A DNA stretch of 64,000 nucleotides. Source: Octopus vulgaris (lineage: Eukaryota). Positions 12,930-27,034 of the stretch are shown here, piece after piece. The position numbers and the translations under genes were made by a program. The notes below the pieces were generated by a model. That model was given only the letters and a program-made list of their open reading frames with translations, did no database searches and was not told where the DNA came from. Every line of letters begins with the position of its first letter. Position 1 is the stretch's first letter. Location: positions 39,928,001 through 39,992,000 of the forward strand of contig OX597814.1 in assembly GCA_951406725.2 (NCBI GenBank), in the 5' to 3' direction.

Positions 12930-13899
12930 TTGACACATATAGCATCGTGGGTTACCTAACAACTGGTTTAGGTGTATCCGACAGTGCATATGTATCAATT
13001 CGTTTGATAAATAGATATAACTCGTTAAAATAACATTTCTTTAATGTATCTTCTCATTTCGTGTAAAGAAAAGCAGCTAATTAAAGGATGCAGCTTTTTT
13101 TAAAATAGATTAATAATAAAATAAGAGATGTACAAATGAAAGGAAGACACACTACACCGAAAAAGTATCAAAAACAACAGTTAACAGATATGGATGTATA
13201 AACACTCTCGCGTAGATTGTATGGCGCATATATTTCCCTCATACAAGCAACCGCGAAGAAGCAAGCTTACACACACGTGTGGTTTAGTGCACATACGTTC
13301 ACATATTAATGTATGTATGTCTATATATACATATAGAAATGCCTGCATGCACATTATTTAAATATTATGTCATATTTTTCCAAGGTCTTATCACTATTCA
13401 TTAGCTTCCATTCTCAAACTGATGCGGCTATATATAGATCATTAATACAGATTTAAAATGATCGGTGTAAACATCACTTCCACCGACATCTACGATTTAT
13501 ATAGTGCCTTCTTATTTCCTTGCTGAATGTTGAAGATTATTCAGATTCACTTCTTCTCAATTCATTCCTTGACCACGTTGCTCCGAATGTAAAGACTTTG
13601 TGTCTATGTTGATGCAACTAAACGATCTTTATTTTGATTTCTTTCCAAATTTTTTTAACACAATTCTTACCTAACTACTCGTAACGGACCTTTCCAATTG
13701 AAGTATAACAGTATAACAGTATAAGTGGATTTGTAATAAGTACACTTTCTCCAGGTCTTCTTATACTTCATCATGTTCTTCGCTGTTACATGTCGGTTTA
13801 TTTGTTTGGAGTATCTCGCGTGCAGACTTTTGTGAGGGACAAATATTTATTAGCCTGTGTGATGAAGTAATTTTCGATGTAGATTCATTAAGCATGATA

Positions 13900-15000
13900 A
13901 TACCAATGCCACCTTTTCTTTCGCACTCTCTGCCTTCTCACGAAATTCCATCTTTTCCCCTAGCATTTGTTTGTTCCACTCGAGGTATTTTGCAAGATTC
14001 TTGCACGTGACGAGATTGTTTTACTATCTATGATTATTTGCGATTCTTAACAGATGCTAGTTGCTCCCAGTTCGATCTATGGTGATAGAGCGTGTCGATT
14101 AAACTAAAGGAAGCTACGGCCAATCTGTCTGCCTTGTTATAACTATTATATGACGCTGCTCTGCTGATTGAGTGAGTAAGACGTAATTTCCTCTACATGT
14201 TAGATAGGTTTCAACCTCGTCGGAAACACAATGTGACATCTTCTTTCAGACAGTTTATATGCAGTATCGGTGTTCCAAGTGTCTTCCAGCTCGGTTTAAA
14301 GTGGTTTCAATGATATAATGAAGAGAATCTTTGGGTTGTTTTCTACCATTCTGTACAGAGAATATTGGTAAAGCTGGATGCACACATCATGTCGTTAATT
14401 TATTTGTCAATATACACACTGATATGAGACCCTTTCTGAAAAAAAAGAAGATAAAACTAGATACTAACTCTAGTTCTACTGGATAAATATTAAAAGTGTT
14501 GAGTCAAAACTGTGACAACTGTGAAATTCATCTATTTTGCGTTGATGATGATTGCTCATGTATTCAAAGAGCATGATCTTAGACATTTTCACAACTGTCA
14601 TACAACAGGTAGCTGTGTAATCTGAATCGTTATAATGTTATATCATATTTTATAATCATGTTATTGTGTGTCGTACGAGTCATATTTAAAAAATGACGCA
14701 TATCTTCTCAGGAGCCTTAACTGCGAATGCAAAACATGTTTCGATATGGCTTCTTTTCTGCAGGTGCCAGCTGAATATTGTTTTCTAATCGCATTGTATT
14801 GGTTGATCGCTCTAATCGTATATGCTGCAGTTTGTTCTACTCATCTCATCTCGTTTGACTGCTATATTGCTGCTTGCTGCAATTTCTATTGCTACCATAT
14901 CCCTCTGAGCCTTGTTAGAGAGCGCTGAGAAGCATATATTAAAACTACTACTTCTTGATTGGCTCCAAGATACAAAACAATAATTGCAACACACGATTTT
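13900..15000 (-). mobile_element. Highly degraded RTE-clade LINE 3' region
   Basis: Scattered remnants YLG..SRSSS...NKA, TKLQ, RMVENNPKILF, GTPILHINCLKEDV, RSNWEQLA. Confidence 0.4.
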
Positions 15001-15654
15001 CTTTTAGCTCTCAACTCACTTTCGTGGCCTACACAAACAATATGACCCACAAAATCCAACAGCATATACCAGGGAGTTTGTATTATCTTTGATTCCTCTT
15101 TCATTGATGTTACATCTTCAGTAAATCCGCTTTCTTCACAATCAACTAACATACATGCTAATTCTCACTCTACCATCAAAGTAATTTCATATATTTCTAG
15201 ATGTTTTAAGAATCTGGTTTCAAGGTAATTGCCTTAACATAAACCACCCTATCAAATTGCATTTGACAATGGAATTTGGGGCATGTTACATCAAGGGGAC
15301 TTCTCATTAGCTCGAAGTGCATCATTTAGGAGTACATGCTAGAGAAAAAGACAACACGATTGTTGGAATTATCTTCCTACCAATTTCGATCTGTTCTCGC
15401 ATTATAGATAAACCGATATTTCTTGGTTTGGGCATGCGCTCGACTTTACTGGAATATTTCTTGTAAACTCGCCAGGAGAGTTGTCTTATAATATTCTTAT
15501 TTCCATTATGGTGGCAATGTCAAACATAAAAGCAGACACTAATGGCAGTATTAAGTATCTACTTCTATTCACTGCTTCGCAACAGCTACTTACATCTCTC
15601 ATTATCGACTATATCGTCTTCACGAATAGTAGCGGAGAAAAGTTGATCTAGCAA

Positions 15655-16170
<516 letters not shown>

Positions 16171-16515
16171 ACAATAGTCACGTATGTATGTTTGTATGTT
16201 TGTGTGTGTGCATGTGTATATGTATAGCTACCTACATATACATACACATATGTATCTACACACACATATACACTCATACATCTATACAAACGTATGTGTG
16301 TGCATATGTGTGTGTGTATTTATGTGTGTGCGTGCTTGTGTGCATGTCAGCATGTATGTATTTATGCATATTTGGGTGTCTGCATTTGGGTGAGACTGTC
16401 CGTCTTTTAGCTATTTCTCAAGTAACGTAGAGGAAATGAAAAAATGTTTTTCTTTAATGGTGTTTTATTCAAAGATATCCACATCCACTCATACACACAT
16501 ACTCATACACACATG

Positions 16516-16566
<51 letters not shown>

Positions 16567-17577
16567 AATAAAACGCGCTCACATATTCATATATACACAT
16601 ACACAGGCACACAAACACATATGTATATATATCGCCACCATTATGAATATAAATATTCCAACATGCAATACACTCTTTGAAGAAGATACTATATTAGTAA
16701 ATACATTAGTAAATCGATATAATATTATAAATAAATATTAGTAAATCGATATAAGGGGAGACTAGAAGATAGAACACATACTAGGTAAGCAACATACTTC
16801 TAAGTAAGCAAAAATGACATTTCAAATAAAAGAATTTCTAAAAATGTAGTCTTTGCAAATTCATTCTGTTTCCGTTCAAATATTTTATATCATAAAACGC
16901 ATGCTCTTATGTAAAATTAAAAAAAAAAAATATCAAAGATATACGATATGTCAACAACAAATATTCACTGTACTTTAGAATTCATAATACATACACAGTT
17001 TACCTAACATATACTTAGGCTATCCTACTCAATCGACGTATGCCATTTATAAATAAGCTTTCCCTTGCCAAATATAGTCTAGTGTGTAAAATCGAGCATT
17101 CACAATAACAAAACAGATACAATTCTATTCTCTAGAATATAATAATTTGAGATAATATACGCTTACAAACATATAGAAAATGTTAAATCTTCAGAAATAT
17201 AGTATCATTTATTAAATCTCAAGATGCTGTCTACGTCTCATGTGACTTTATGAAAATTAACTTCATAAATTTTACACAACGAAATATTGTAACTATTATA
17301 ATTTCTTTTTGTCTGGAATCAATGAATCATTTCTACTGATATTGAATTGTGTTAAATTTCAAAGAATATCTATAGCTGCTGCAATTTTCAAATTATAAAT
17401 TTTATTCTGCAATTACTTCAAGCATGTGCCAGACAATATATACACACGTACACACACGTACGTATATTTGTGTTCGTGTTTGAATTTTTATATGTATGAA
17501 TATCTACATTTATATATATATATACATATATATATATACATATATATATACGTATATATATATATATATATACACAG

Positions 17578-17656
<79 letters not shown>

Positions 17657-18219
17657 TTATTTGTCATGAAAACAGGAAATAATACATCAACGTGAATGAT
17701 AAAAATGCTGCAATGTGAAATGTTTGTGTATATTAAAATGTATTGCTCCACAATTTGTTTATTCTATTGTTTTTAATTACAATATGTGTGAGAATATCTG
17801 CGTATTTGAGACACAAAAATGTTCTTGCTTTGCGATAAAGTGAAAATAGAATATTAGTATAGAATAATATTTATAGTAAATAGAGAAGTAACAGGTTGGA
17901 CTAATGATTAGTAATGAATCGGCAAATATGAAATTTCTATGCATAGATACATTCCGATATTGATATTGAATAGATTTTTGAGCTAGGACTCATGTTTGTA
18001 TATACACAGCTATACAAACATAAATACACAAGCATCATCTATATATAGATACAAACTCAAACACACACACACAAACACACGCACATTTGTACATCGCTCA
18101 GTCCTCCTCATGCGACGATGGCTTAGTAATATTTACATTGTTTTATGTTTATATGTTTTTGCGAGCTGAGATATACACTTTCTCTGCGACCTTGTTCTTG
18201 ATAGACTGGTACATTCAGG

Positions 18220-18378
18220 ATATAACAGCAGGGAAGGGAGACTACTAAGTCAGTGGGCGGTTGATACCCATTTAAAGCTGTGTTGATCGAGTTGTCTAAA
18301 ATAGGGTAACTTCCTTGAGGATACAATGCACTGCTCCTTAAAGTAAGTGAAATCATGACTCTAACCACTGGACCACTC
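18220..18378 (-). mobile_element. Degenerate tRNA-derived SINE fragment
   Basis: Minus-strand head GGTCCAGTGGTTAGAGTC (A-box-like) followed by a CATTGTATCCT..AACACAGCTTTAAATGGGTA central block. Confidence 0.4.
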
Positions 18379-18431
18379 ATCTTCATTCAAATGTGCTTGA
18401 GTGCGTGCATGCATATATAATTATATACGCA

Positions 18432-19270
18432 CGTGGTCTGCTAAATAAGTATCTTGACTGATACCATAGTAACGAAGCTGAAGCACGCTTGGCAAGATTG
18501 ACCTTGAACTATGCTGCGCTTGTGCGTTATGTTTTATCGTACTACTTGACTTCCACTGTTTACAGCAGTGCTTGAAACATGTGTAGCATGTGGTCGTCGC
18601 ATTGACTATGACAGAAAGTTTTCACGGGGATACCTACTCGGAGACCTACGCAAGGCTGCAGAAAGTGTATTGAGAGCTGCACACAAGTGTACGGGTGGTT
18701 CAGACGTGTCTAAGATGGCCGAAAAAATGTCGATATTAATGAACGTTCTGGGAGACCTGCAACCAACGGAACTGCGAAAATCAGTGCAGATGTACGTGCA
18801 GCTGTGAGGGGAAATAGTCGAATCACCATCGGTGAGTTATCAGAGGGTATACAGATTAGTTACGGTTCTGTTCAGACCATTATCACTACAGATTCGTGTA
18901 TGAGAAGCGTGTCTGTCGAATTTGTACTAAAACTGCTTTCAGCTGACTAAAAAGACACTCGGCGTCTAGTCGCAGAAAATTTCTTAGATTGTGTCAAGAT
19001 CGAAGTAAACTTTTTTAGAAACATTGCTTCAGGCTTCTAAGAAGGTATCACACAAATTTTTGAGGTAAATTTGATACAAATTCCCTGTTCAACTTTGTCA
19101 TATTCAATGCGATGAACACACGCTACACTCGTTACTTCCGAGCTGGAACTCTCAAATTGTGTGCTCATGCACAACACTGTTCAAGGTCAATCTGTGCTGA
19201 GCAGTTTTACTCTGAATGCTTTAGCCTCGTTACTATGGCAACAGTCTTGATACTTGATGACCAAACCACG
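18432..19270 (+). mobile_element. Internally deleted mariner with long (about 90-110 bp) TIRs
   Basis: Ends CGTGGTCTG..AAGTATC..GACTG..CCATAGTAACGA..GATTGACCTTGAAC inverted at both termini; remnants ERSGRPAT, SRITIGELSEGIQISYGSVQTIIT, MRSVSVEFVLKLL. DDD domain absent. Confidence 0.85.
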
Positions 19271-19559
19271 TATGTGTGGATGAATATATGAGTAAGTGTA
19301 TAAGCTCTAAAGCCCTATGAGGCAGTGACAGGAGCTAAAATCAATTAGGATCAATCGTTTGACTTACAGTATGTAACTTGGTGTCAGAGACCCATCACTA
19401 AATGTATCAAACGATAAAAGTTCTCATGCTTCGTGTCTTCTTTTATTGAATATTCAGGTGGAAAAGGCCTGGGCCAAGGCGGCGTGTAGAGTGGCAATTC
19501 TCACCCAGAAATGAAGCGAGAGGAAGCTGAGTGGTCGAGAAACGTTAAGAAACGCGCAC

Positions 19560-19930
19560 CTTAACTCCGTAATATATAAAACATCGATTCAATAGCACTG
19601 TGTACGAACTCTATACCTGGAATGACAAATTTTAAATACCATTGAAATTTAATCACTATGTGCAGGGATTTTATATGTATGCCATTCTGCCTAAATAATG
19701 GAACTGAATATACAATATCCCTGCATAAGTCATGTCCATTTTCATTCCTCCACTTCACTCTCTATTTCATATCTTATCTAAATCAACTGTTGCTTTATCA
19801 TTTTCTCACACCGCCTCCGACGAAGGGATATAAAAAATATCACGGAAATAGCTGTAAGACCTTCAATTTATAAATGTTCTAAAATCTTCCCAGCCTTGGT
19901 TTATTTATCACATTCTGCAAACATTTTTTT
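19560..19930 (+). mobile_element. Putative PLE pseudo-LTR copy with hammerhead motif at 19813-19860
   Basis: gcct-CCGACGA-agggatat..atatcacg-GAA-ATAGCTGT-A-agac; homologous to 7480-7815. Confidence 0.65.
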
Positions 19931-20059
19931 TCATATGTATACATATATGTATGTATGTGTGTGAGTATGTATGTATGTATGTATGCATGTATGTATGTAT
20001 GTATATATCTATATATCTGTCAATCTATCCTATCTATTTATTTATCTATCTATATCTCT

Positions 20060-20110
<51 letters not shown>

Positions 20111-20112
<2 letters not shown>

Positions 20113-20691
20113 CTCAGGCCTTGAAGCATGCTATCCACATGCTAGAAATAACAGCCACCTCTCACAAATCTACGATAGCATAACATATTCAATCTGCTCA
20201 CCTTTCTCTAAATATTTCTTTTAGAGTAATTTCCCGCAGTAATATGACAAAGTAATTCGTGTGAAATTAAAGTTGTTTTTTTTTTGTTGTTTTTTCAATT
20301 TCTCGTAAACTTTTTTCCGAATTTTTCCCCATCAATCTACGTGGGAAACTACGGAGATTAAGTATATGTACAAAAAATAAACACAAATTCAAATTTATTA
20401 TGAAAAACTCCGAGGCAAAATTTCACCAAGCCGCCATCCCACAATCTAAAAGTGAAAATGAACAGTTGTTTTCTCCGTTTCTGTATGTGTTATAGTAAAA
20501 GCTTCACGGCAGCGCCCGCTCACTATTACGAAAAGGAAACAAAAATAACGGGATAATAGGTGTAAAAAAGGCGTGGAAAACGAATATGAAAATTAAAATG
20601 GCCATATTTCGGATTTAGTATTTTATCGCAGTTTTTGTGAGATTTGGTTGTTATTTCTAGCATGTGGATAGCCTAGTTGAAGGCCTGAGGT
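20111..20691. mobile_element. Non-autonomous DNA transposon (MITE), about 65-bp TIRs, TA-flanked
   Basis: CCTCAGGCCTT..GCTATCCACATGCTAGAAATAACA.CCA..TCTCACAAA inverted at both ends. Confidence 0.85.
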
Positions 20692-20696
20692 TATAT

Positions 20697-20803
<107 letters not shown>

Positions 20804-21431
20804 TTTTTCTTTTGAAAAATTGAAATTTTACAAACAATTTTCTTCAGAATCATATTATTTGTATTTTTCTATCAATTTCGCAAAAAAAAAAAAAAAATCT
20901 GAAAAATGTAAAAATGAAGGGCTGAAGATGTGGGTGGGGTAATTTGAATTTTGGAAATGCTATTTTAGAAAACTTCTTTTTCAGAATCTGATCCTCCATA
21001 ACCATAATGATGGGATTTGCTAGAGAAAACAACAAAAAAATAATGTATATCCATTTTACCGGAAATTACGAGGGAAACATCGGATCTTGGGAACTTTCGT
21101 AAAATCCTCTCCCTATCCCCTTGGTCGTCAGCGCGCATATTTTCTTCATATTGGTTTTCTACATACTTTTAACACTGGCTGATGCCATTTCTCCCTTGCA
21201 TTTATGAGGCTTCATAGCAGCTGGTTTTTCTACGGGCTGATGCCCTTGCTTACCCCCAACCTAAGTTTCTAGACATAAGTGGTTCCAAAGCCAAGGCCTC
21301 TACCACGATATTTAAGAAATGTGGTGCAAAACTAGCTCAGGAAAGCAGGGACTCTACTCCCTGAGACCACTTCCGGAACCCCACTACATAAGCGAAATAT
21401 TAAACGCACACACGCGCGCCTGCTCGCGTAC

Positions 21432-21479
<48 letters not shown>

Positions 21480-21484
21480 GATTA

Positions 21485-21523
<39 letters not shown>

Positions 21524-21689
21524 ATATACATGTGTATATGTATAAATATATGTATATATATGTGCATATACATATATATATATAAATTAATAAATAAAAT
21601 ATATGCATACATACATACATATATGTACGTTCCTACATCTACATGTATATATACATGCATATATAAATATATATATGTGAGTACACGAC

Positions 21690-22330
21690 ACCACAAATAG
21701 ACGTAGAACTCAACGAGAAACGAAAACGTAAACACAAAAATGGAAACGGACTTTTTTAACAACGAAAAAAACAGAGTACAAGACAAACAATATAAGGAAA
21801 ATTCCCCTTCCTCAGCTGTCCCTAGTTCGACTCCATGCGTGTTTCGAAGTTAAGGACAGAACACGACTCGTCGAACTAGCTCTTCCTGCGAAAGAATTAA
21901 GTAAAATTCCTTTGCAGGGGGGTAAAAACAAGGAAAGAAAAAATGTGACAAAAACAGGACGTAAAAACAATACAATTAAAAAAACAAATAGAAAATAAAA
22001 ATACAAATACAAAAAAATACAGTACAAGTAAAGAATAAAAAACAGGACAAGGAAACAATATTGAGAGCCTTTTTTTTAGCCTAGACAATGAAAAAATTCA
22101 AGAGCGCAGGAAAAAAGCATGTCCACTTGTAGGAGGCCGCCAGCGAAAGGAAGTGGTCCACTCGGCTGTGTGAGAGATGAGCAGGAGTGAGAGAGAGTGA
22201 GAGAGAGAGATAGAAAGGAAAGGAAACCAGAAAGGGTGAAAAATGATAAGGAGAGAGACAGGCAAAGAGGAAGACAGACAGGAAGGAAGGGAAGGTCAAG
22301 AAAAGGGTTACAGAGTTTCGCGTCATAATT
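21690..22330 (-). mobile_element. Putative PLE-type terminal fragment anchored at a (TA)n tract
   Basis: Same layout as other PLE termini (pyrimidine-rich segment, structured motif, T-rich end). Assignment indirect. Confidence 0.5.
21804..21879 (-). ncRNA. Candidate non-circularly permuted hammerhead ribozyme with kink-turn (best copy)
   Basis: Minus strand: ctagttcgac-GA-gt-cgtgT-T-ctgtcc-ttaa-cttc-GAAA-cacg-c-atg-GA-gtcgaactag-ggacag-CTGAGGA-a-gggg. Stem III 5 bp, stem I 6 bp and distal helix 10 bp are perfect; stem II is GGGG/CUUC. Confidence 0.65.
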
Positions 22331-22590
22331 ATATATAAAAAATTACTTGGAGGACAGAAAAGAAACGAAACGACGGGAGGGCGCTACTGCAAGTAAGTTT
22401 TTATATATATATATAACTCCATTTCTTCCATTCACTAATTATATTAAACTTCAATTATCCGCACCAACGCACGGTTGCAACACCAAATGGTATTATCTCC
22501 AACCGTGATTTTTTCTCCTGTGATTTTTGCTACCCAGGTATCGGTTAAACTTTTGAATAATCTGTAACAAGAAATGTCATCTTTCCATTT

Positions 22591-22651
<61 letters not shown>

Positions 22652-22820
22652 TATATATATATTTATGAAAAAGTAGAACGTAAATGCTAATTATTAATAT
22701 TAGGTACATTTGAATTTCTTTATATAATACAAAGCGAAACGAAAATGAGCAACGTATTAGCAAGGAAATGCATATCATAAAACTGTACTGACCGAGTCTG
22801 AATTCCATAAACACGGAATA

Positions 22821-23130
<310 letters not shown>

Positions 23131-23221
23131 TTAATCCAAACAAGAAAGCACAAATAACAACGCGAGGACGTGCAACAAATATAGTATTATTGGATGCTCA
23201 AGAAAGAAGGAATGAAAGAGG

Positions 23222-23256
23222 GTTCAATGTTTCGAGCGGAGGTCTTCATCGGAAAC
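23222..23256 (-). ncRNA. Minimal hammerhead-like motif in a PLE-type terminus (about 23130-23560)
   Basis: Minus strand: gttt-CCGATGA-a-gacc-tcc-gctc-GAA-ACAT-T-gaac; U4C core variant, CpG-decayed ACGT palindrome. Confidence 0.5.
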
Positions 23257-23688
23257 ATAGGAGAAGGAAAGATCCAGAGAAGGCAAGACAGAGAAAAAGA
23301 AATCGTCAACGGTATACACGAGGTCACATTTTTAATGACCGAAAGGAAAAGAGTGAAGAAAGATGTTTTCAAAGACAGGAGAGTAGTATTGTCAAAGACA
23401 GTAGAATGGTATATGGGGAATGTGTGTGTAAGTGTGGATATGTGCGTGCTCGGAGGTCTGCGTGTGCGTGTGTGTATGTGTGCAATGATGACACGTGTGT
23501 GAATGTGTGTGCGTATGTGTGTATGTGTGTGTGGTTGTGGCTGTAAACAAAGGGCTAGTGTAGGGCTAGTTTGTAGGGCTAGTACAATAAGGGGTGTTTT
23601 TTTTCCCTACCACAGGTCATATGTGTGTGTGTGTGTCTGTGTGTGTGTGTGTGTGTGTGTAGATATACAGATATGTATGTCTTTCATA

Positions 23689-24977
23689 CGAGGGGCGTTT
23701 AATAAGTAAGGCCTCTGACCCACTTGCAGTTGTTTGATCTAGCTGAAAATTTACATATGCAATTATTGATATCTCTATAGATTCAGTGGCAAATTACAGC
23801 TCTGAACTAATTGTGGTTTCTGATATATAGGTGTTTGAACTGAGTCAAGTGTGAAATGGAGCCTGTTGAGTGTCGAGCAGTGATCCGGTTTTTGTATTTG
23901 AAAGGACGCACACCACGGGAGACTTTTGATGAAATGAAAGTAACTTATGGTGATGATGCCCCATCATATGACCTTGTAAAACGCTGGCATCGTGAATTCA
24001 AACATGGTTGGAACTCTGTGGAAACAGCTCCCAGATCTGGTCGACCCCCTTCTGCCATTGATGAGGCATCTGTCCGTCAAGTTGAGGCTGCCATTTTGGA
24101 AGATCGACGCATAACTATTCGCCAAATAGCCCATGAGGTCAAGTTTAGTACCGGGTCTGTGGAAACTATCATTCATGACCATTTGCATATGCAAAAGGTG
24201 TCTGCCAGATGGATTCCCAGGTTGCTCACACCTTTCCAGAAGCAAGAACGCGTTGAGTGCTCGAGGATGAATTTGGAGATGTGCCAAGAAGATGAGTCAA
24301 ATTTTTCAAAAGACTGATTACACAGGATGAAACCTGGGTCCATCACTATGATCCAGAGACCAAAGCCCAGTCAATGCAGTGGAAGCTCCGTGACCCACAT
24401 TCTCCAAAGAAGGCAAGGGTGCAGCCCCCCGCTGGCAAGGTCATGCTCACAGTCTTCTGGGATCAGGACGGAGTAGTGATGACAGATTTTCTGGCAAAGG
24501 GTACCACAATTACAGGAGCCTAGTTTGCTTCACTTTTGAGGAAATTAAGAGAAGCTATCAAAATCAAGAGGCGGGGCAAGATCAGCAAAGGCATCCTCCT
24601 CCTGCAGGACAACGCTCCGGTCTACAACTCGCGTGTCGCCAGATCAGAAGCACAGGTGTGCGGCTATGAACTCCTCCCCCATCTCATACTCTCCTGACCT
24701 TGCACCCTCGATTTTCACCTCTTCCTAGCCATGAAGTTGTTTTTGAAAGGAAAGCGTTTCCCAGATGATGCAGCCTTGATTTCTGAAGTCACGTCGTGGT
24801 TGGAGGACCAAGCTGGGGTCTTCTACAAAAATGGTCTCCAGAGTTGCATCAAACGATGGGAGAAATGTGTAACTCTGAGAGGTTCCTATGCAGAAAAAGA
24901 CTAATAACTGTGCCAAGTTTCGTTGCTCTACTGCTATGGGAAGTGGGTCAAGGGCATTACTTATTGAACGCCCCTCG
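23689..24977 (+). mobile_element. Full-length mariner (DD34D) element, 1289 bp, TA target duplication
   Basis: TA|CGAGGGGCGTTTAATAAGTAAGGCC ... GGCATTACTTATTGAACGCCCCTCG|TA. Confidence 0.97.
23856..24904 (+). pseudogene. Mariner transposase pseudogene
   Basis: MEPVECRAVIRFL, RSGRP, ARWIPRLL, QDETWVHHYDPETK, LLLQDNAP, YSPDLAPSDFHLF, RWEKCV. Frameshift near 24300, stop near 24521, second frameshift near 24685. Confidence 0.95.
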
Positions 24978-25444
24978 TACATATAAGATAATGTTTCGAA
25001 AAACTCCATTCCTGTCAAAACCTCAGTGGGGATAGCTTTACAACGACGACTATTATTACTACTACTCCTGCTTATTCGACTGCTAAAGCCACTCCTTTTG
25101 AAAACAGTCTTGACCAGACTAGACAGGGCCACTGGTAATGCCACGAAAATTAAAGGAAATTCCTTCGTGCTCCTGCAGGCAAAAGAAAAGTACACTATGA
25201 AGGATTATTTTAATAATCTTACGAACTTTTTCTCTACGTATCACATTTTAGTACATATTTTTGATGAGGTTTTTCAACAACCTACAGTAGTAAGAGAAAA
25301 ACATTATTTTAATGTATTATATAAAGAAACTCATATGTACCTAATTGTAAAAAGTAGCATTTTCGTTCTCCTTCTTCATAAATATCTACTTACTCGTGTG
25401 TTACATCTACATTTATATATCTATCTATTTATCTATCTATCTAT

Positions 25445-25491
<47 letters not shown>

Positions 25492-26492
25492 TATTTGTGT
25501 GAATGTATATATTATATGTGTGTGTGTTTGTGTATGTGTGTGTGTATATGTCTGTGAGTACTTGTATGTATATGTGTATTTATTCGCTGGTGCACACATA
25601 CACAGACACTAATGCATATATCCATACAGAGATAGTGGTTGTTTCAATTCTGTCTGTTGAAATCTTTCTACCTTATAGTAGATTTACACGTTCATAATGA
25701 AAGTGTGGAGAACTTATATTGAAAAGAAAATAACAGCTGATTCTGTAGACGCTTGTCACTTATAGTGTCTGCCAAAAGAAGAAATTTAAAAGAAAATCCA
25801 TTGTCATCGAAGAATTTGGTAATATCAATATATTATTTACGGCTTTTTACACACAATTAGTAATAGTTGATATCTCATTTGTCAGGAAGTCTTAATGTGT
25901 ACTGCAATAGATTCGGGGCCAGAATGAACAGGAGAAGAGACACTATTCAAAATACACAACTTATTGTATCTAGTTCACATTGGGTGCGCTTGAATGAAAT
26001 GCGGTAGAATTTCATTACCAAATTTAGGCGTACTTAGTATGTCTTTCTATGATATTTCCTCTATTGTTTCATTAATTGTTATTCTTTGTTTTCAATTGTT
26101 TTTCACCTTAAGCTTTTTGATTCATCATGGTTCAATCTGAATATTTACGAATTATTTTATCGAGTATTTAGATACGTTCTGAAGTTCTACAGAATTAAGG
26201 TTAGCAAATAATGCAAACGGAATGATTTCTGTAAACTTAGAACATGTATTAGGATAATAATAAGCGACAAAACTTAAGTTACACTCATATAAAATGTTCA
26301 TAGCGTAGAAATGATAGAACTGGAAGAATATGTCGTATATATAAAATACACGCACACATACACGCACACACTAACACGTGCACACGCACACGCGCACACA
26401 CACACATACACACACACACACATATATATATATACGTATGTATAGCTATATGTATATATATATACATATATATTCATATATATTCATATATA

Positions 26493-26545
<53 letters not shown>

Positions 26546-26749
26546 TTATATACGTACATATGTATACATATATGTATATATATATATATATATATATACA
26601 TAGTGAGAAGTTGAGATTGAAAGAGATAATGGTGGCATTGAGACCCCAAGATATCAGATAAGGCTGAATAAGTGCTATAGACAGACAATATTTAAGTTCC
26701 AGACTCGGTAATTTTGCGAACAAAGTTGGTTCTATGTCAGCGTGTGCAT

Positions 26750-27010
26750 ATAAGCATTTTTTGCGGAATGAGATAAAAAACCAAGGCTGTGTAGATATTA
26801 GAACATTTATAGATAGGTCTTACAGCTGTTGCCAGGCCATTTATTACTTATATCCCTTCATCGGAGACGGTGTGAGAGGATGGTTAAGTCATAGTTAGTT
26901 TAGATGTGATACAAAATAGAAAGTGAGGTGGAGGAAAGAAAATAGATGCAAGATATGTATGGATATTCAAATTGTAAGTCCATTTTCTTTTGGTAGAATG
27001 GTATATATGT
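26750..27010 (-). mobile_element. Putative PLE pseudo-LTR copy with hammerhead motif at 26817-26868
   Basis: Minus strand gtct-CCGATGA-agggatat...cctg-GCA-ACAGCTGT-A-agac; homologous to 7480-7815. Confidence 0.65.
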
Positions 27011-27034
27011 ATTATTCCAATACCCTATGAGTAA

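Noticed and set aside
25026-25502. 158-aa ORF with a signal-peptide-like poly-Leu
   Set aside because: Non-ATG start; Leu run comes from a (CTA/TTA)n-like tract; ends in microsatellite.
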